64,000 nt of DNA from an uncultured Lachnospiraceae bacterium (GCA_946616795.1 CAMOJU010000003.1:758-64757), one strand, 5' to 3'. Positions 9,234-19,382 are shown, numbered from the stretch's first letter. Notes: a model not told the origin generated them from the sequence alone. Program-made: numbers and translations.

Positions 9234-9479
9234 ATGGCAGACGCAAGCAAAGCACAGATCAACAATCTTGTTTCATTATTGGACGGTTATGCTACAAAGG
9301 GTGGACATCACCTTAATGTTAATGTACTTAACAGAGAAACTCTTATCGATGCTCAGAAGCATCCCGAGAACTATCCTCAGCTCACAATCCGTGTATCAGG
9401 ATACGCAGTAAACTTCATTAAGCTTACTCCCGAGCAGCAGGCTGATGTTATCTCTCGTACATTCCACGAGTCTCTCTAA
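9234..9479 (+). CDS. grcA: Autonomous glycyl-radical domain (GrcA/YfiD-like) completing PflB
   Basis: GGHHLNVNV and [21 protein letters not shown]. Confidence 0.92.
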   Translation: MADASKAQINNLVSLLDGYATKGGHHLNVNVLNRETLIDAQKHPENYPQLTIRVSGYAVNFIKLTPEQQADVISRTFHESL

Positions 9480-9495
9480 TCCTTGTATAAGGCAT

Positions 9496-9550
9496 AAAAA
9501 ATACCCCCTGACGCTAAGCACAAGCGCAATGCGTCAGGGGGTATTTTTTT
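9496..9550 (+). terminator. Intrinsic terminator of the pfl operon
   Basis: AAAAAATACCCCCTGACGC ... GCGTCAGGGGGTATTTTTTT. Confidence 0.9.
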
Positions 9551-9677
9551 ATACCGTTTGGAAAATATAAAATAAAGAAATCAGGGTATTTTCTTGGGGA
9601 AATAATTGCAGAAATATGGTAAAATATTGAAGTATGTATGATAATATGCCGATAGACTATATTGGTATTTTCAAATT

Positions 9678-11840
9678 ATGAAAAACAAGAATCTGATTCA
9701 ATTTAAAAAACTGAAAAAGAACAGAGCAGGTCTGTCTATATTTTTCAACCTGATCCTGATCATCATGGTGCTGGCCATTGTATCTGTAGGCGTGGCGGCC
9801 ATCTCTTTCAGTACCATCAAGTCCAAGATGATGGGAGAGTACGTATCTCTCCACGGACTGGCTTCGATATATGAGGAAGGATTAAAGCAGGGAGATGAAA
9901 ATATATACGATCTCCTGGATGCGTCCGGCAGAGATTATATCCTCCTTGATTCAGACGGGGATATTATAAAGCAAAACGGCGAGAATACATGTACTATGGA
10001 CGGAGGCCTCAGCGTATTTTTCGCAGAGGAGATGGTGATATACGGAGACTCTGAAAAGAATCTGATCATCCGTGATGATGACGGGGAAGTGACCGTTGAC
10101 TTTGGAATGATATTAAGGGATCTCTGGAGAGAAGCGTTTACATTCAGGAAAACGGCAGATAGCTACGTCACTATGGGTATCGAGGAGCGTCAGCCGGGTA
10201 TATCCGTAGATATAAAGACAAATGATGATACGGATGTATCCGATGGAGATAAAATACTCTCACAGGATGAGATAATCGAGCTCACCAAAGAGATAGGCAG
10301 GTGGAATATAGGTATCGTCTCATATCCCCTGTGGTGTGCCCTCTCAGTCAATGACGGTAATGAGCAGCTAATTGGCAAGCTGAGTATAAACATAGATAAA
10401 AGCGATGCACTCATCGTGATGCTCCTGGCCGTGCTCCTGGAGATAATGGCCGTGGTAGTCCTCATCATAGGTATCATCAGGATCATCAGAAATGTGATGC
10501 GTCAGAAAAAGATACTGAATCTCTATATGACCGATCCGATCACAGGTGGAAACAACTGGTCATTCTTTATCATAAAGGGCGAGCCGTTCTTAAGGAAAGG
10601 CTCCAACAGGTCAAAGTCATTTGCAGTGATCGAGCTTGTATTTATCAATTACAGAAATTTCTGCATGTGTCATTCCGTAGCTGAGGGCGAGGAGGTCGTG
10701 GAAAAGATCTATGACATAATAAAGACGGGCCTTGGCAAGAAAGACATTGTGGCTCACTTAACCCACGCAGAGTACGCGATCCTCACAGAGTACAGGGACG
10801 AGGAGGAACTTAAAGGCAGACTCCGCAAGCTCCTGGCAGTTCTTGAAAATATAGACGGATCACATAAATTTGCATTTCATATCGGCGTGGATATGATACC
10901 CGCTGTCAAAAATGAAAGAGGCAGATTTATAAAGAGAAAAAATCTGAATCTGGAGACAGATTACAACAATGCATGTACGGCGAGGGCAACCCTTGAATCA
11001 AGCGATGACTCAAGGATAGCATTTTACGGAGAGAAGATGCTGAAAGAGCAGATGTGGCTCGATCAGGTAGGCGAGCTCCAGCAGAAAGCCCTTGATAATG
11101 AAGAGTTCAAGGTTTATTACCAGCCCAAGTATGAGCCGTCTACAGGAAAACTAAAGGGAGCAGAGGCCCTCATCAGATGGCAGAGTCCGGAGCTTGGTTT
11201 TGTATCACCGGGCAGGTTCATACCGATATTTGAAAATAACGGATTCATCACAAAGATAGACCATTATATGATCAGCCATGTGGCAAAGGACCAGAAGGAT
11301 TGGCTCGATCAGGGTATGGATTGCGTACCCGTATCGGTCAATGTATCGAGAGCCCACTTTATCGAAAAGGATCTGGCGGATCAGATCAGAAACATGGTGG
11401 ACAACGCGGGAGCACCCAGGCGTCTCATAGAGATAGAGCTCACCGAGAGCGCATTCTTTGATGACAAGGCTGCAATGATCGAAACCATCAATAAATTAAA
11501 GAGTTACGGATTTGCAGTATCCATGGACGATTTCGGTTCCGGATATTCATCTCTTAACTCTCTTAAGGATATGCCCCTTGATGTTTTGAAACTCGATGCG
11601 GAATTCTTCAGAGGAGAGAATGCCGGAGAGAGAGGCGAGATAGTTGTATCGGAAGCCATAAAGCTCGGCAAGCAGCTGAATATGAGGATAGTAGCCGAGG
11701 GTGTAGAGGAAAAATCCCAGGTGGATTTCCTTGCAGACAGAGGCTGCGATATGATTCAGGGATTCATATTTGACAAGCCCATAGCAAAAGGTGAGTTTAT
11801 AGAAAGATTAAAGACCGGAGTGGCAAAAAATAATGGATAG
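9678..11840 (+). CDS. Membrane-bound degenerate-GGDEF / EAL c-di-GMP phosphodiesterase
   Basis: Two TM segments. The GGDEF position reads AHLTHAEY (degenerate). EAL motifs are intact: EALIRW, ELTES, DDFGSGYSS, KLD, EGVE, QG. Confidence 0.9.
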   Translation: MKNKNLIQFKKLKKNRAGLSIFFNLILIIMVLAIVSVGVAAISFSTIKSKMMGEYVSLHGLASIYEEGLKQGDENIYDLLDASGRDYILLDSDGDIIKQNGENTCTMDGGLSVFFAEEMVIYGDSEKNLIIRDDDGEVTVDFGMILRDLWREAFTFRKTADSYVTMGIEERQPGISVDIKTNDDTDVSDGDKILSQDEIIELTKEIGRWNIGIVSYPLWCALSVNDGNEQLIGKLSINIDKSDALIVMLLAVLLEIMAVVVLIIGIIRIIRNVMRQKKILNLYMTDPITGGNNWSFFIIKGEPFLRKGSNRSKSFAVIELVFINYRNFCMCHSVAEGEEVVEKIYDIIKTGLGKKDIVAHLTHAEYAILTEYRDEEELKGRLRKLLAVLENIDGSHKFAFHIGVDMIPAVKNERGRFIKRKNLNLETDYNNACTARATLESSDDSRIAFYGEKMLKEQMWLDQVGELQQKALDNEEFKVYYQPKYEPSTGKLKGAEALIRWQSPELGFVSPGRFIPIFENNGFITKIDHYMISHVAKDQKDWLDQGMDCVPVSVNVSRAHFIEKDLADQIRNMVDNAGAPRRLIEIELTESAFFDDKAAMIETINKLKSYGFAVSMDDFGSGYSSLNSLKDMPLDVLKLDAEFFRGENAGERGEIVVSEAIKLGKQLNMRIVAEGVEEKSQVDFLADRGCDMIQGFIFDKPIAKGEFIERLKTGVAKNNG

Positions 11841-12909
11841 CGAAAAAGAATACAGTAATTACATATCATATATAAGCACGGCGAAAATAATCAGTCTTTT
11901 ATGTGTACTTATATTTCATTGCTGCCTGTTTTTTGCGAACAATCCTTTCTGGCCCACAAGAGCGGAAAAGACATCAACCGTTGCATATTATTTGTGCGAA
12001 TATTTGGATCTGACCATTATTGCCACATTTGTAATGGCATCGGGGTACCTGTTTTCAGAGAAATTAAAGAGAAAAAAGATTACCATACCGGGAGAGATCG
12101 CTGCAAAGACAAAGCAGTATATCGGCAACTATCTGATATACGGCGGGCTCTGGCTGGTTCCTACATATACGCTCTTTGATTTCAGCTGTTTCGGAAGAGA
12201 ACCGGGGACAAGCCTGCTTGACGGATATTATCTGATGGTGATGGGCGTGTTTTCCGATCACTTATGGTTTTTATGGATGCTCTTCTGGATTGCGATATTC
12301 TGGATACTGTGTCATAAACTCCTTAAAGGATGGGGACTTCCGGCAGCAGCCCTCATAGGCATGGGGTATGCGCTTTTTGCCCAGTTTGTACTGGCGGATG
12401 CTCCGTATTTTAAGATAAGCCAGATCGGACAGTATGTGATGGTTTATTTTGCAGGTATATTGTTATCTCATTTTAAGGATGCATATGAGAAGTTAAGCGG
12501 AATCGTTTTGGGTATAATAATATGTGTGACATTCGGACTGATGACGGCGTATATTATTATAAAACCGGAATATTTCATATGGTGCTGGCTGATCAAGATC
12601 GTCGCAGGTTTATTTATTATATCTTTATTCAGACTGATGTCTGTTACAAAATTTTATAAGGATACGGGAAAGACGAGATTCTGGAAGTTTTTAAAAAAGT
12701 ACAGTTTTGAGATTTATCTTTTCAATATGCCCTTTCCGTATCTCTATTTCAGGATAATATATCCTTTTACCGGAAGTATTCCTGCGGTATGCATAATACT
12801 TAATATATTACTTTCGTTTGTTTCAATACTCTGCACAGTGCAGATATGTGTAGTCATAAGGAATTTTATAAAGAAGGTTTTTGCAAGTGGAAAAGAAAAA
12901 ACAAAATGA
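11833..12909 (+). CDS. Acyltransferase-3 family membrane protein
   Basis: Polytopic. FVMASGYLF, HLWFLWMLF, YSFEIYLF. Confidence 0.8.
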   Translation: MDSEKEYSNYISYISTAKIISLLCVLIFHCCLFFANNPFWPTRAEKTSTVAYYLCEYLDLTIIATFVMASGYLFSEKLKRKKITIPGEIAAKTKQYIGNYLIYGGLWLVPTYTLFDFSCFGREPGTSLLDGYYLMVMGVFSDHLWFLWMLFWIAIFWILCHKLLKGWGLPAAALIGMGYALFAQFVLADAPYFKISQIGQYVMVYFAGILLSHFKDAYEKLSGIVLGIIICVTFGLMTAYIIIKPEYFIWCWLIKIVAGLFIISLFRLMSVTKFYKDTGKTRFWKFLKKYSFEIYLFNMPFPYLYFRIIYPFTGSIPAVCIILNILLSFVSILCTVQICVVIRNFIKKVFASGKEKTK

Positions 12910-14704
12910 AGATAAGAAAAAAAGAAAAAGTATTATCAATCAGGTTACGATGCCTCTCACACTTTTTCTGGCAATACTTATGATAATCGACGGTTTATTT
13001 CTGTATATATTTAATCTCTCCTTCGATATAGTTCAGAGAGAAGAAAACGCCGCAAGAGAAGCTGTATATACCGCAAACTGCTTTATGGAGTTTAAAACCA
13101 TTGGATGGCTGTCTGAGTACTGGCAGGAACATTATGATGAGATGGAACTGGTATATGATCTGCCGGGTATAATCAGAAAAGAAGCAGAAATCAACAGTCT
13201 GATGGAAGATTATCATACTGTGTGGGATACAGAAGAAGAAACGGTAGAAAATGCTTCACCCGAAGCACAGAGAGTATTTGCGGAGCTCGCATATGCCAGA
13301 ATCTGTGAGACACTGACACGTATCAAGATAGACTTTAATCCGTTCTATCTGTACAGCTTTACCATTAAAAATAATGATGAGATGTTCTTTATGGCTACCG
13401 GTGCCCTTGAAAATGAAAAGAGGGTGAGCCAGGGAGGAGAACTGTTTGAACTGGGTGTAACTACCCCTTATGCAGAGGGCGTATATCCCGTACTTGATGA
13501 GATAATCAAGACAGGACAGTTTGTTGAAAATATCGAGACATCACTTTCTCCGGAAGCAGACAGCAGCCTGGTCCACATGTTTGCACCTGTGTATGACGAA
13601 GATGGTGAGGTAGCTCTTTATGTGGGAGTAGCTCTCCCGTGGAAGGACCTGATCGTATCATCCCTTCGTATCACCATAATATTCTGCGTCATCACATTGA
13701 TATTCTTTATACTAATAGGATTTTATATTTCAGGCCTGCTCATTAAAAAGGTAACAGGACCTGTAGGCGTGGAAAAACTGGCTCTGTCCAGATATAAGGT
13801 ATACAAGGATCCGGAGAAACTTAAAGAAAATCTCTCTGACGTCCAGTCAAATAATGAGATAGAAGAGCTCGCAGTCGACTTCTCAGAGATGGCGGACGAA
13901 CTCGACAGATATATGTTCGAGAATCAGAAAGCCACTGTTGACAAAGAGCGCATGAAGGCAGAGCTCTCAATGGCAAAAACTATCCAGGAAAGCAGACTGC
14001 CGAGCAAATTCCCTGCATTCCCCGACAGAAAAGATTTTGACATATATGCATCGATGACTCCGACCAAGGAAGTCGCAGGAGACTTTTACGATTTCTTTAT
14101 GGTGGATGATGATCATATAGCTCTCGTCATAGCTGACGTATCGGGTAAAGGTATATCGGCATCCCTCTTTATGATGCTCTCAAAGGCTATCATCAGATGC
14201 CGACTTCTGGGCGGCGAGAGTCCTGCAGATGCGCTTGACAAGAGTAATGCCCAGATCATGCAGGGTAATGACAGCAACATGTTCGTAACTGTATGGGTTG
14301 CGGTCATCGACCTGCGTACAGGTAAGGGTCTGGCTGCCAATGCAGGCCATGAGCATCCTGCGCTTAGGAGAAAAGACGGAAAGTTTGAGCTGGTAAAATA
14401 TCGTCATTCTCCGGCAATAGGTGTAATGGACGGTATCCCCTATGAGGAGCATGAGTTTACACTTGAGCCCGGAGACACCCTGTTTGTTTATACAGACGGT
14501 GTGCCTGAAGCAACAAATATAAACAGCGAGCTGTTTGGTGAAGAAAAACTCCTTGTGGCATTAAACAGAGATCCTGATGCAGCTCCTGAGGTGATCGACC
14601 GAAATGTCAAGAAATCAATTGATATGTTTGTCGATGAAGCAGAGCAGTTTGATGACATCACGATGCTGACATTTAAGTATTTCGGACCACAGAAGGAAGA
14701 GTAG
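12887..14704 (+). CDS. Membrane sensor with HAMP-like linker and PP2C (SpoIIE/RsbU-type) phosphatase
   Basis: Motifs EVAGDFYD, IADVSGKG, NAGHE, YTDGVPEA, DDITML. GTG at 12887 with AGAAGG upstream is the likely start (track gives 12881). Confidence 0.9.
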   Translation: MEKKKQNEDKKKRKSIINQVTMPLTLFLAILMIIDGLFLYIFNLSFDIVQREENAAREAVYTANCFMEFKTIGWLSEYWQEHYDEMELVYDLPGIIRKEAEINSLMEDYHTVWDTEEETVENASPEAQRVFAELAYARICETLTRIKIDFNPFYLYSFTIKNNDEMFFMATGALENEKRVSQGGELFELGVTTPYAEGVYPVLDEIIKTGQFVENIETSLSPEADSSLVHMFAPVYDEDGEVALYVGVALPWKDLIVSSLRITIIFCVITLIFFILIGFYISGLLIKKVTGPVGVEKLALSRYKVYKDPEKLKENLSDVQSNNEIEELAVDFSEMADELDRYMFENQKATVDKERMKAELSMAKTIQESRLPSKFPAFPDRKDFDIYASMTPTKEVAGDFYDFFMVDDDHIALVIADVSGKGISASLFMMLSKAIIRCRLLGGESPADALDKSNAQIMQGNDSNMFVTVWVAVIDLRTGKGLAANAGHEHPALRRKDGKFELVKYRHSPAIGVMDGIPYEEHEFTLEPGDTLFVYTDGVPEATNINSELFGEEKLLVALNRDPDAAPEVIDRNVKKSIDMFVDEAEQFDDITMLTFKYFGPQKEE

Positions 14705-14733
14705 ATCCATCGGTATTAAAAAGGGGATAACAG

Positions 14734-15363
14734 ATGGCGGACAGACTCTCTCCGGATATACTGGAGAGCTTAAAATCATATATAGAGACCCACTTTATCC
14801 CGTCGGTTTTCGAAGAAGCAGAAGTATCTGAAATAAAGGCGCCTGCCGCGAAAAAGGATAATAAATTATTCGGATTCCTCGGCGCTGCGTCAAATGCAAA
14901 TGCGGTGATGTTTACCGGTGCCGGGAAATGCGCCGCAAGGGAATCGGCTCCCATGGAAATGGCACCCATGGAGGATGTGGATGCATATGATGCCCGTAGC
15001 CTTGAGGATGTGGTCAGAAATATATCTGACACATGGCAGGAAAGTCTGTTCAGGATAATAGACGAAAAGGGGCTGGCCGATACGGATGTATATAAAAAAG
15101 CCGGCATTGACAGAAAACTCTTTTCAAAGATCAGGAGCAATAAAGATTATAAGCCAAAGAAAGATACGGCTGTTGTCCTGGCACTGGCACTTGAACTGAA
15201 TCTCGATGAGACCAGAGATATCCTGGGACGGGCCGGATACGCACTGTCCCCAAGCAGTATTTCAGATCTCATAATAGAGTACTTTATCACAAATGAAATA
15301 TATGATCTCTATACGATCAACCTGGCATTATTTGAACATAAGCAGCCTCTGCTCAGTGAATGA
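14734..15363 (+). CDS. XRE-like HTH protein of the type usually fused to macro domains
   Basis: LFRIIDEKGLADTDVYKKAGIDRKLFSKIR...GRAGYALS. No macro domain is present here. Confidence 0.7.
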   Translation: MADRLSPDILESLKSYIETHFIPSVFEEAEVSEIKAPAAKKDNKLFGFLGAASNANAVMFTGAGKCAARESAPMEMAPMEDVDAYDARSLEDVVRNISDTWQESLFRIIDEKGLADTDVYKKAGIDRKLFSKIRSNKDYKPKKDTAVVLALALELNLDETRDILGRAGYALSPSSISDLIIEYFITNEIYDLYTINLALFEHKQPLLSE

Positions 15364-15376
15364 GCGGAGGTTTTTT
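15346..15376 (+). terminator. Intrinsic terminator
   Basis: CCTCTGCTCA-GTGAA-TGAGCGGAGG-TTTTTT. Confidence 0.75.
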
Positions 15377-15417
15377 ATTTTTCCTACCCGGTCATTTACA
15401 GATCCTTGTCTTAAAAT

Positions 15418-15434
15418 GTCGCCTGCTGGGCGAC
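15418..15434. promoter_or_regulatory. Inverted repeat upstream of the vWA gene (candidate operator)
   Basis: GTCGCC-TGCTG-GGCGAC. Confidence 0.4.
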
Positions 15435-15550
15435 CATGGGGATCTCCTTAAATAATATACTTACCTCATAAAGAAAACAAAAACATCCCGGATATAAAGT
15501 CTGGAAAGCAGACCGGCCGGGACTCTGATTAAGAAAGTGAGGTATTCATT

Positions 15551-16225
15551 ATGAAGAAAGGTTTAACAGAAGTAGTATTTATCTTGGACAGAAGCGGTTC
15601 TATGGGAGGTCTTGAGTCAGATACGATCGGCGGCTACAATTCAATGCTTGATAAGCAGAGAAAGGAAGAGGGAGAGGCGATAATCTCAACAATACTCTTT
15701 GACGATCAGGTGGAAGTCCTCTGCGACAGAAGGTCTGTAAAAGAAGTAAAGAATATCACATCTTCTGAATATTATGTCAGAGGCTGTACAGCTCTACTTG
15801 ATGCAGTGGGACAGAGCATTCATCATATCAATGAGGTTCAGAAATCCCTGCCTGAGTCAGAGAGACCGGAAAAGACACTCTTTATCATCACAACAGACGG
15901 TATGGAAAATGCGAGCAAAAAATATAATTACCAGAAGGTAAAAAAGATGGTGGAGAAGAGAAAAAAGAAAAACGGCTGGGAGTTTATATTCCTGGGAGCC
16001 AATATAGATGCTATCGAAGTAGCAGGCAGGTTTGGCGTATCTGCAAACCGAGCAGTCAGATATGAGTGCGACAGCAAAGGTACAAAGCTAAACTTTGATA
16101 TCATGTCAAGGATGGTGAGCTGTGCCAGGGCATGCGGCTCCGCAAAGATGATGGAGGAGGCATTTGACTCAGACGATATGCTGGCACCTATCCAGGAAGA
16201 TTATAAGAGCAGACACGGTGCATAA
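15551..16225 (+). CDS. von Willebrand factor A domain protein
   Basis: MIDAS DRSGS, GCTALLDA, IITTDGMEN. Confidence 0.88.
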   Translation: MKKGLTEVVFILDRSGSMGGLESDTIGGYNSMLDKQRKEEGEAIISTILFDDQVEVLCDRRSVKEVKNITSSEYYVRGCTALLDAVGQSIHHINEVQKSLPESERPEKTLFIITTDGMENASKKYNYQKVKKMVEKRKKKNGWEFIFLGANIDAIEVAGRFGVSANRAVRYECDSKGTKLNFDIMSRMVSCARACGSAKMMEEAFDSDDMLAPIQEDYKSRHGA

Positions 16226-16226
16226 A

Positions 16227-16268
16227 TAAAAAAAGGCCGTTCCACCTGATAACCGGTGGACGGCCTTT
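16227..16268. terminator. Terminator between convergent genes
   Basis: A-tract, then AAAGGCCGT(T)CCACC ... GGTGGACGGCCTTT. Confidence 0.75.
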
Positions 16269-16271
16269 AAA

Positions 16272-16736
16272 TCAGTGTCCGAGTGCGCCAAAGAATGCTG
16301 CCATAGGTTCTATGGTGGCATTTAAGTTGTCGATGGCGGAATTAAGCTTCTCAAGGTCAATGCTGTCGATACGCTCCATTGTATTACCAAGGGAATCGGT
16401 AGCCTGAACAGTCAGCTCGTTTATGTTATTTACAGTACCGGCCAGGTCAGCCTGGTTTAAGCTGGTAGTGAGGGTCTCGAGATTCTGGAGGGATACCATC
16501 GTGCTATTATATATCGCATCAACCTTTGGCATCGCATATAGTACCACTGTGATCACAACTGCCAGTACGGCGCCCATAAACAAAGCAGAGAGGAGAGAGC
16601 AGAAGAAAGCGAGCTTCTGATACTTGAGCTCTTTCTTTTCCGTGATCGCCATCTCCCGGTTGTGCTGCTCAACACTTTCCTGATGAAGTCTGGTTTCTTC
16701 GATGTGTGAGCCGGTTATTTCATTTTCTGTTCCCAT
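16272..16736 (-). CDS. Hypothetical single-TM coiled-coil protein
   Basis: One TM helix followed by heptad-like repeats. Confidence 0.6.
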   Translation of the reverse strand: MGTENEITGSHIEETRLHQESVEQHNREMAITEKKELKYQKLAFFCSLLSALFMGAVLAVVITVVLYAMPKVDAIYNSTMVSLQNLETLTTSLNQADLAGTVNNINELTVQATDSLGNTMERIDSIDLEKLNSAIDNLNATIEPMAAFFGALGH

Positions 16737-16879
16737 TGCTTTTAAGTCCTTTCTGATATTTATTTCAGTTTTGTAAAAACATATTGATATTATAGTACAC
16801 TTGTTTCAAGTGGGTAAATAAAATGTTAAAATAGTGAGTAAACCAGTCAGTTTTTTACAACAGAAAGGCCCGATGAATC

Positions 16880-18067
16880 ATGAATTACAGAGAAGACAAA
16901 CACGGAGAGAAACTCTCAATACTCGGATACGGCTGTATGCGTTTTACCCAAAACGGCAATTCGATCGATATAGATAAAGCCGAGAAGGAGATAATGGCTG
17001 CGTACAATGCAGGTGTCAATTATTTTGATACGGCATATATTTATACAGGCAGCGAGGCGGCCCTCGGCGAGATAGTAGAGCGAAACGGCATCCGTGACAA
17101 AATAAATATTGCCACAAAGCTTCCCCAGTATCTCATAGGTAACAGGGCGGCGATAGATAAGTATTTTAATGAAGAGCTCTCAAGACTCCGCACGGACCAT
17201 GTGGACTATTATCTCATGCATCACCTCACCGATGTGGATATGTGGAACAAGTTAAAGACCATCGGTATCGAGGACTGGATAAAAGAGAAAAAGGCGTCCG
17301 GCCAGATCAGAAATATAGGTTTCTCATATCACGGAAATACAGAGAACTTCAAGATAATCCTGGATGATTATGACTGGGATTTCTGTCAGATACAGTACAA
17401 CTACCTGGATGAAGTGACCCAGGCGGGAGTCAGCGGACTAAAGGCTGCGGCAGAAAAGGGCATACCTGTAGTCATCATGGAGCCACTCCGAGGCGGCAAG
17501 CTCGTAAACATGCTCCCCGAAAAAGCTGTAAATGCCATTAAGGCAAGTGATAGAGGATGGACTCCGGCAGAGTGGGCATTCAGATGGCTCTATAACCAGC
17601 CCGAGGTGACTGTAGTACTCTCCGGCATGAACTCTTTGGAGATGGTAGAGGAAAATGTAAAGACAGCCTCAGAAGCTAGGCCCGGAGACTTTACGGAAAA
17701 GGATTTCGCTCTCCTTGAAGAAGTGAAAAAGGCTATTAAGGAAAAAGAAAAGGTAGGCTGTACAGGCTGCAGATATTGTATGCCATGTCCCAAAGGCGTG
17801 GATATTCCGGGTACATTTGCCTGCTACAACACGATGTATACGGAAAACAAGAGCGCCGGCAGATTTCAGTATGCCCAGACGGTAGCCCTGGCCAAGGAGC
17901 CGTGCTTTGCGTCCCAGTGTATAGAGTGCGGCAAGTGCGAGAAGCACTGTCCCCAGGAAATCCCCATCAGAGAGAAATTAAAGGAAGCCGACAAGGCACT
18001 GCGGCCTCTTCCGTTTAAGATAGGAATAAATATCGCAAGGAAATATATGTTCCGCAAGAAAAAATAG
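16880..18067 (+). CDS. Aldo/keto reductase with C-terminal Fe-S dicluster
   Basis: LGYGCMR, YFDTAY, MEPLRGG, CTGCRYCMPCP and CIECGKCEKHCP. Confidence 0.92.
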   Translation: MNYREDKHGEKLSILGYGCMRFTQNGNSIDIDKAEKEIMAAYNAGVNYFDTAYIYTGSEAALGEIVERNGIRDKINIATKLPQYLIGNRAAIDKYFNEELSRLRTDHVDYYLMHHLTDVDMWNKLKTIGIEDWIKEKKASGQIRNIGFSYHGNTENFKIILDDYDWDFCQIQYNYLDEVTQAGVSGLKAAAEKGIPVVIMEPLRGGKLVNMLPEKAVNAIKASDRGWTPAEWAFRWLYNQPEVTVVLSGMNSLEMVEENVKTASEARPGDFTEKDFALLEEVKKAIKEKEKVGCTGCRYCMPCPKGVDIPGTFACYNTMYTENKSAGRFQYAQTVALAKEPCFASQCIECGKCEKHCPQEIPIREKLKEADKALRPLPFKIGINIARKYMFRKKK

Positions 18068-18218
18068 GAGAATACATAATCGGGTAATGTAAGGAAAACA
18101 TCCGGTCTGATCCGGAGTTGACTACGAATATTTTATAAGAAAATTCAAATAGTTTATGTAAACAACAATATATACAAATAATTTTATATAATATGTGAAT
18201 TATTTTATAACAGTCCGG

Positions 18219-18246
18219 GTTAATAATTAACGGATGTATCCGATAT
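18219..18246 (+). promoter_or_regulatory. Candidate sigma-28 (FliA/SigD) promoter
   Basis: GTTAA-N16-CCGATAT. The -10 is exact and the -35 is a partial match to CTAAA. Confidence 0.4.
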
Positions 18247-18338
18247 AATAGATATAGTGTAGTGGCATCAGTATGCATTTTAAATGTCGGATACCAGAAT
18301 TTTAGAGAAAACAGTTCATTTTACAAGGAGGTAGCAGC

Positions 18339-18965
18339 ATGAGTGTAAACGGAATTACAGGATCGGCAACATCTGTATCAGAAGCATATTCAAAGCAGAT
18401 GGTCAAACCGGCTGACGGAGTCAAGGCAGAGAGTGCTACGGCATCTGCATCAGATGCGGTTTCAAAGGCATTTGACGGACAGTCGGCAGTATATGAAAAG
18501 AGCGCAGAGTCAGCAGACAAGGCATCGGATAAGTCATCAAAGGTGGCAAATCCCGAGCTGGTAAAGAAACTCAATATGGAACTTGAGGCAAGAACGACCC
18601 AGCTTCAGAATATCGTAAACCAGCTGATCTCAAAGCAGGGACTTACATATAATCACGCAAACGGATTAAAGGGACTCTACGAGGCTCTCGAGGTTGATGC
18701 GGAGACAAAAGCCCAGGCCGAGAAGGATATAGCCGAGGACGGATATTTCGGAGTAGACCAGACATCATCAAGGATCTTTGATTTCGCAATGGCCCTCACC
18801 GGCGGCGATAAAGAAAAGATGGAAAAGATGAAAGACGCATTCCTCAAAGGCTACAAGCAGGCAGAGGATACATGGGGCGACAAACTCCCTGACATCTGCC
18901 AGAAGACCTACGACGCAGTCCTTAAGAAGTTTGAGGATTATGCAAACGCTGAGGAAGAGGCGTAA
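18339..18965 (+). CDS. Hypothetical protein, possibly flagellar-regulon or secreted
   Basis: Low-complexity MSVNGI N-terminus, a conserved-looking helical C-terminus (EDGYFGVDQTSSRIFDF...WGDKLP) and no Sec signal. Confidence 0.65.
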   Translation: MSVNGITGSATSVSEAYSKQMVKPADGVKAESATASASDAVSKAFDGQSAVYEKSAESADKASDKSSKVANPELVKKLNMELEARTTQLQNIVNQLISKQGLTYNHANGLKGLYEALEVDAETKAQAEKDIAEDGYFGVDQTSSRIFDFAMALTGGDKEKMEKMKDAFLKGYKQAEDTWGDKLPDICQKTYDAVLKKFEDYANAEEEA

Positions 18966-18985
18966 GTAAACAGATCAGATTTATC

Positions 18986-19019
18986 AAAGAGTCTGCATAG
19001 AGATATGCAGGCTCTTTTT
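18986..19019 (+). terminator. Intrinsic terminator
   Basis: AAAGAGTCTGCATA-GAGA-TATGCAGGCTCTTTTT. Confidence 0.85.
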
Positions 19020-19100
19020 GATTTCAGATTTTCTGTTGCAAAAAGAAGATTAAAATGATATAGTGGCGATTTTTTTTAGTTTTCACATAATAAACAGCTG

Positions 19101-19180
19101 CTACCCTTTAAACTACCCTTGTAAAAGGTAGGATTCTAAACCGAGGTGTAGTGGTTATTGGAGTGCGGGGACAATATAAT
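19101..19180 (+). promoter_or_regulatory. 80-bp conserved upstream element, copy 1 (before P1)
   Basis: 60/80 ungapped identity to 42152-42231. Contains TACCCTT heptamers and ends in GACAATATAAT. Confidence 0.75.
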
Positions 19181-19382
19181 GTGATAATAATTTAACAGAT
19201 TTTAATTGTCTTTTTTGTATGTAAATTTGTATTGTGTAAAAAGCATATTCTATAATATAATGAAAAAAGTATAAAAAGGGGATAGGGGAATTCTGACTTT
19301 TTTTAAGAAATCTGTCATGATCGACTTTTTCCCATGCAATAAAATAATAATTCTTTAAGTACCATACGAAAGGATGAAATCT

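Noticed and set aside
8900-9479. pflB as a frameshifted or broken pseudogene
   Set aside because: Catalytic motifs are intact, both downstream ORFs have strong RBSs, and the missing domain is complete in its own gene. ORF 9181..9411 is just an alternate frame of grcA.
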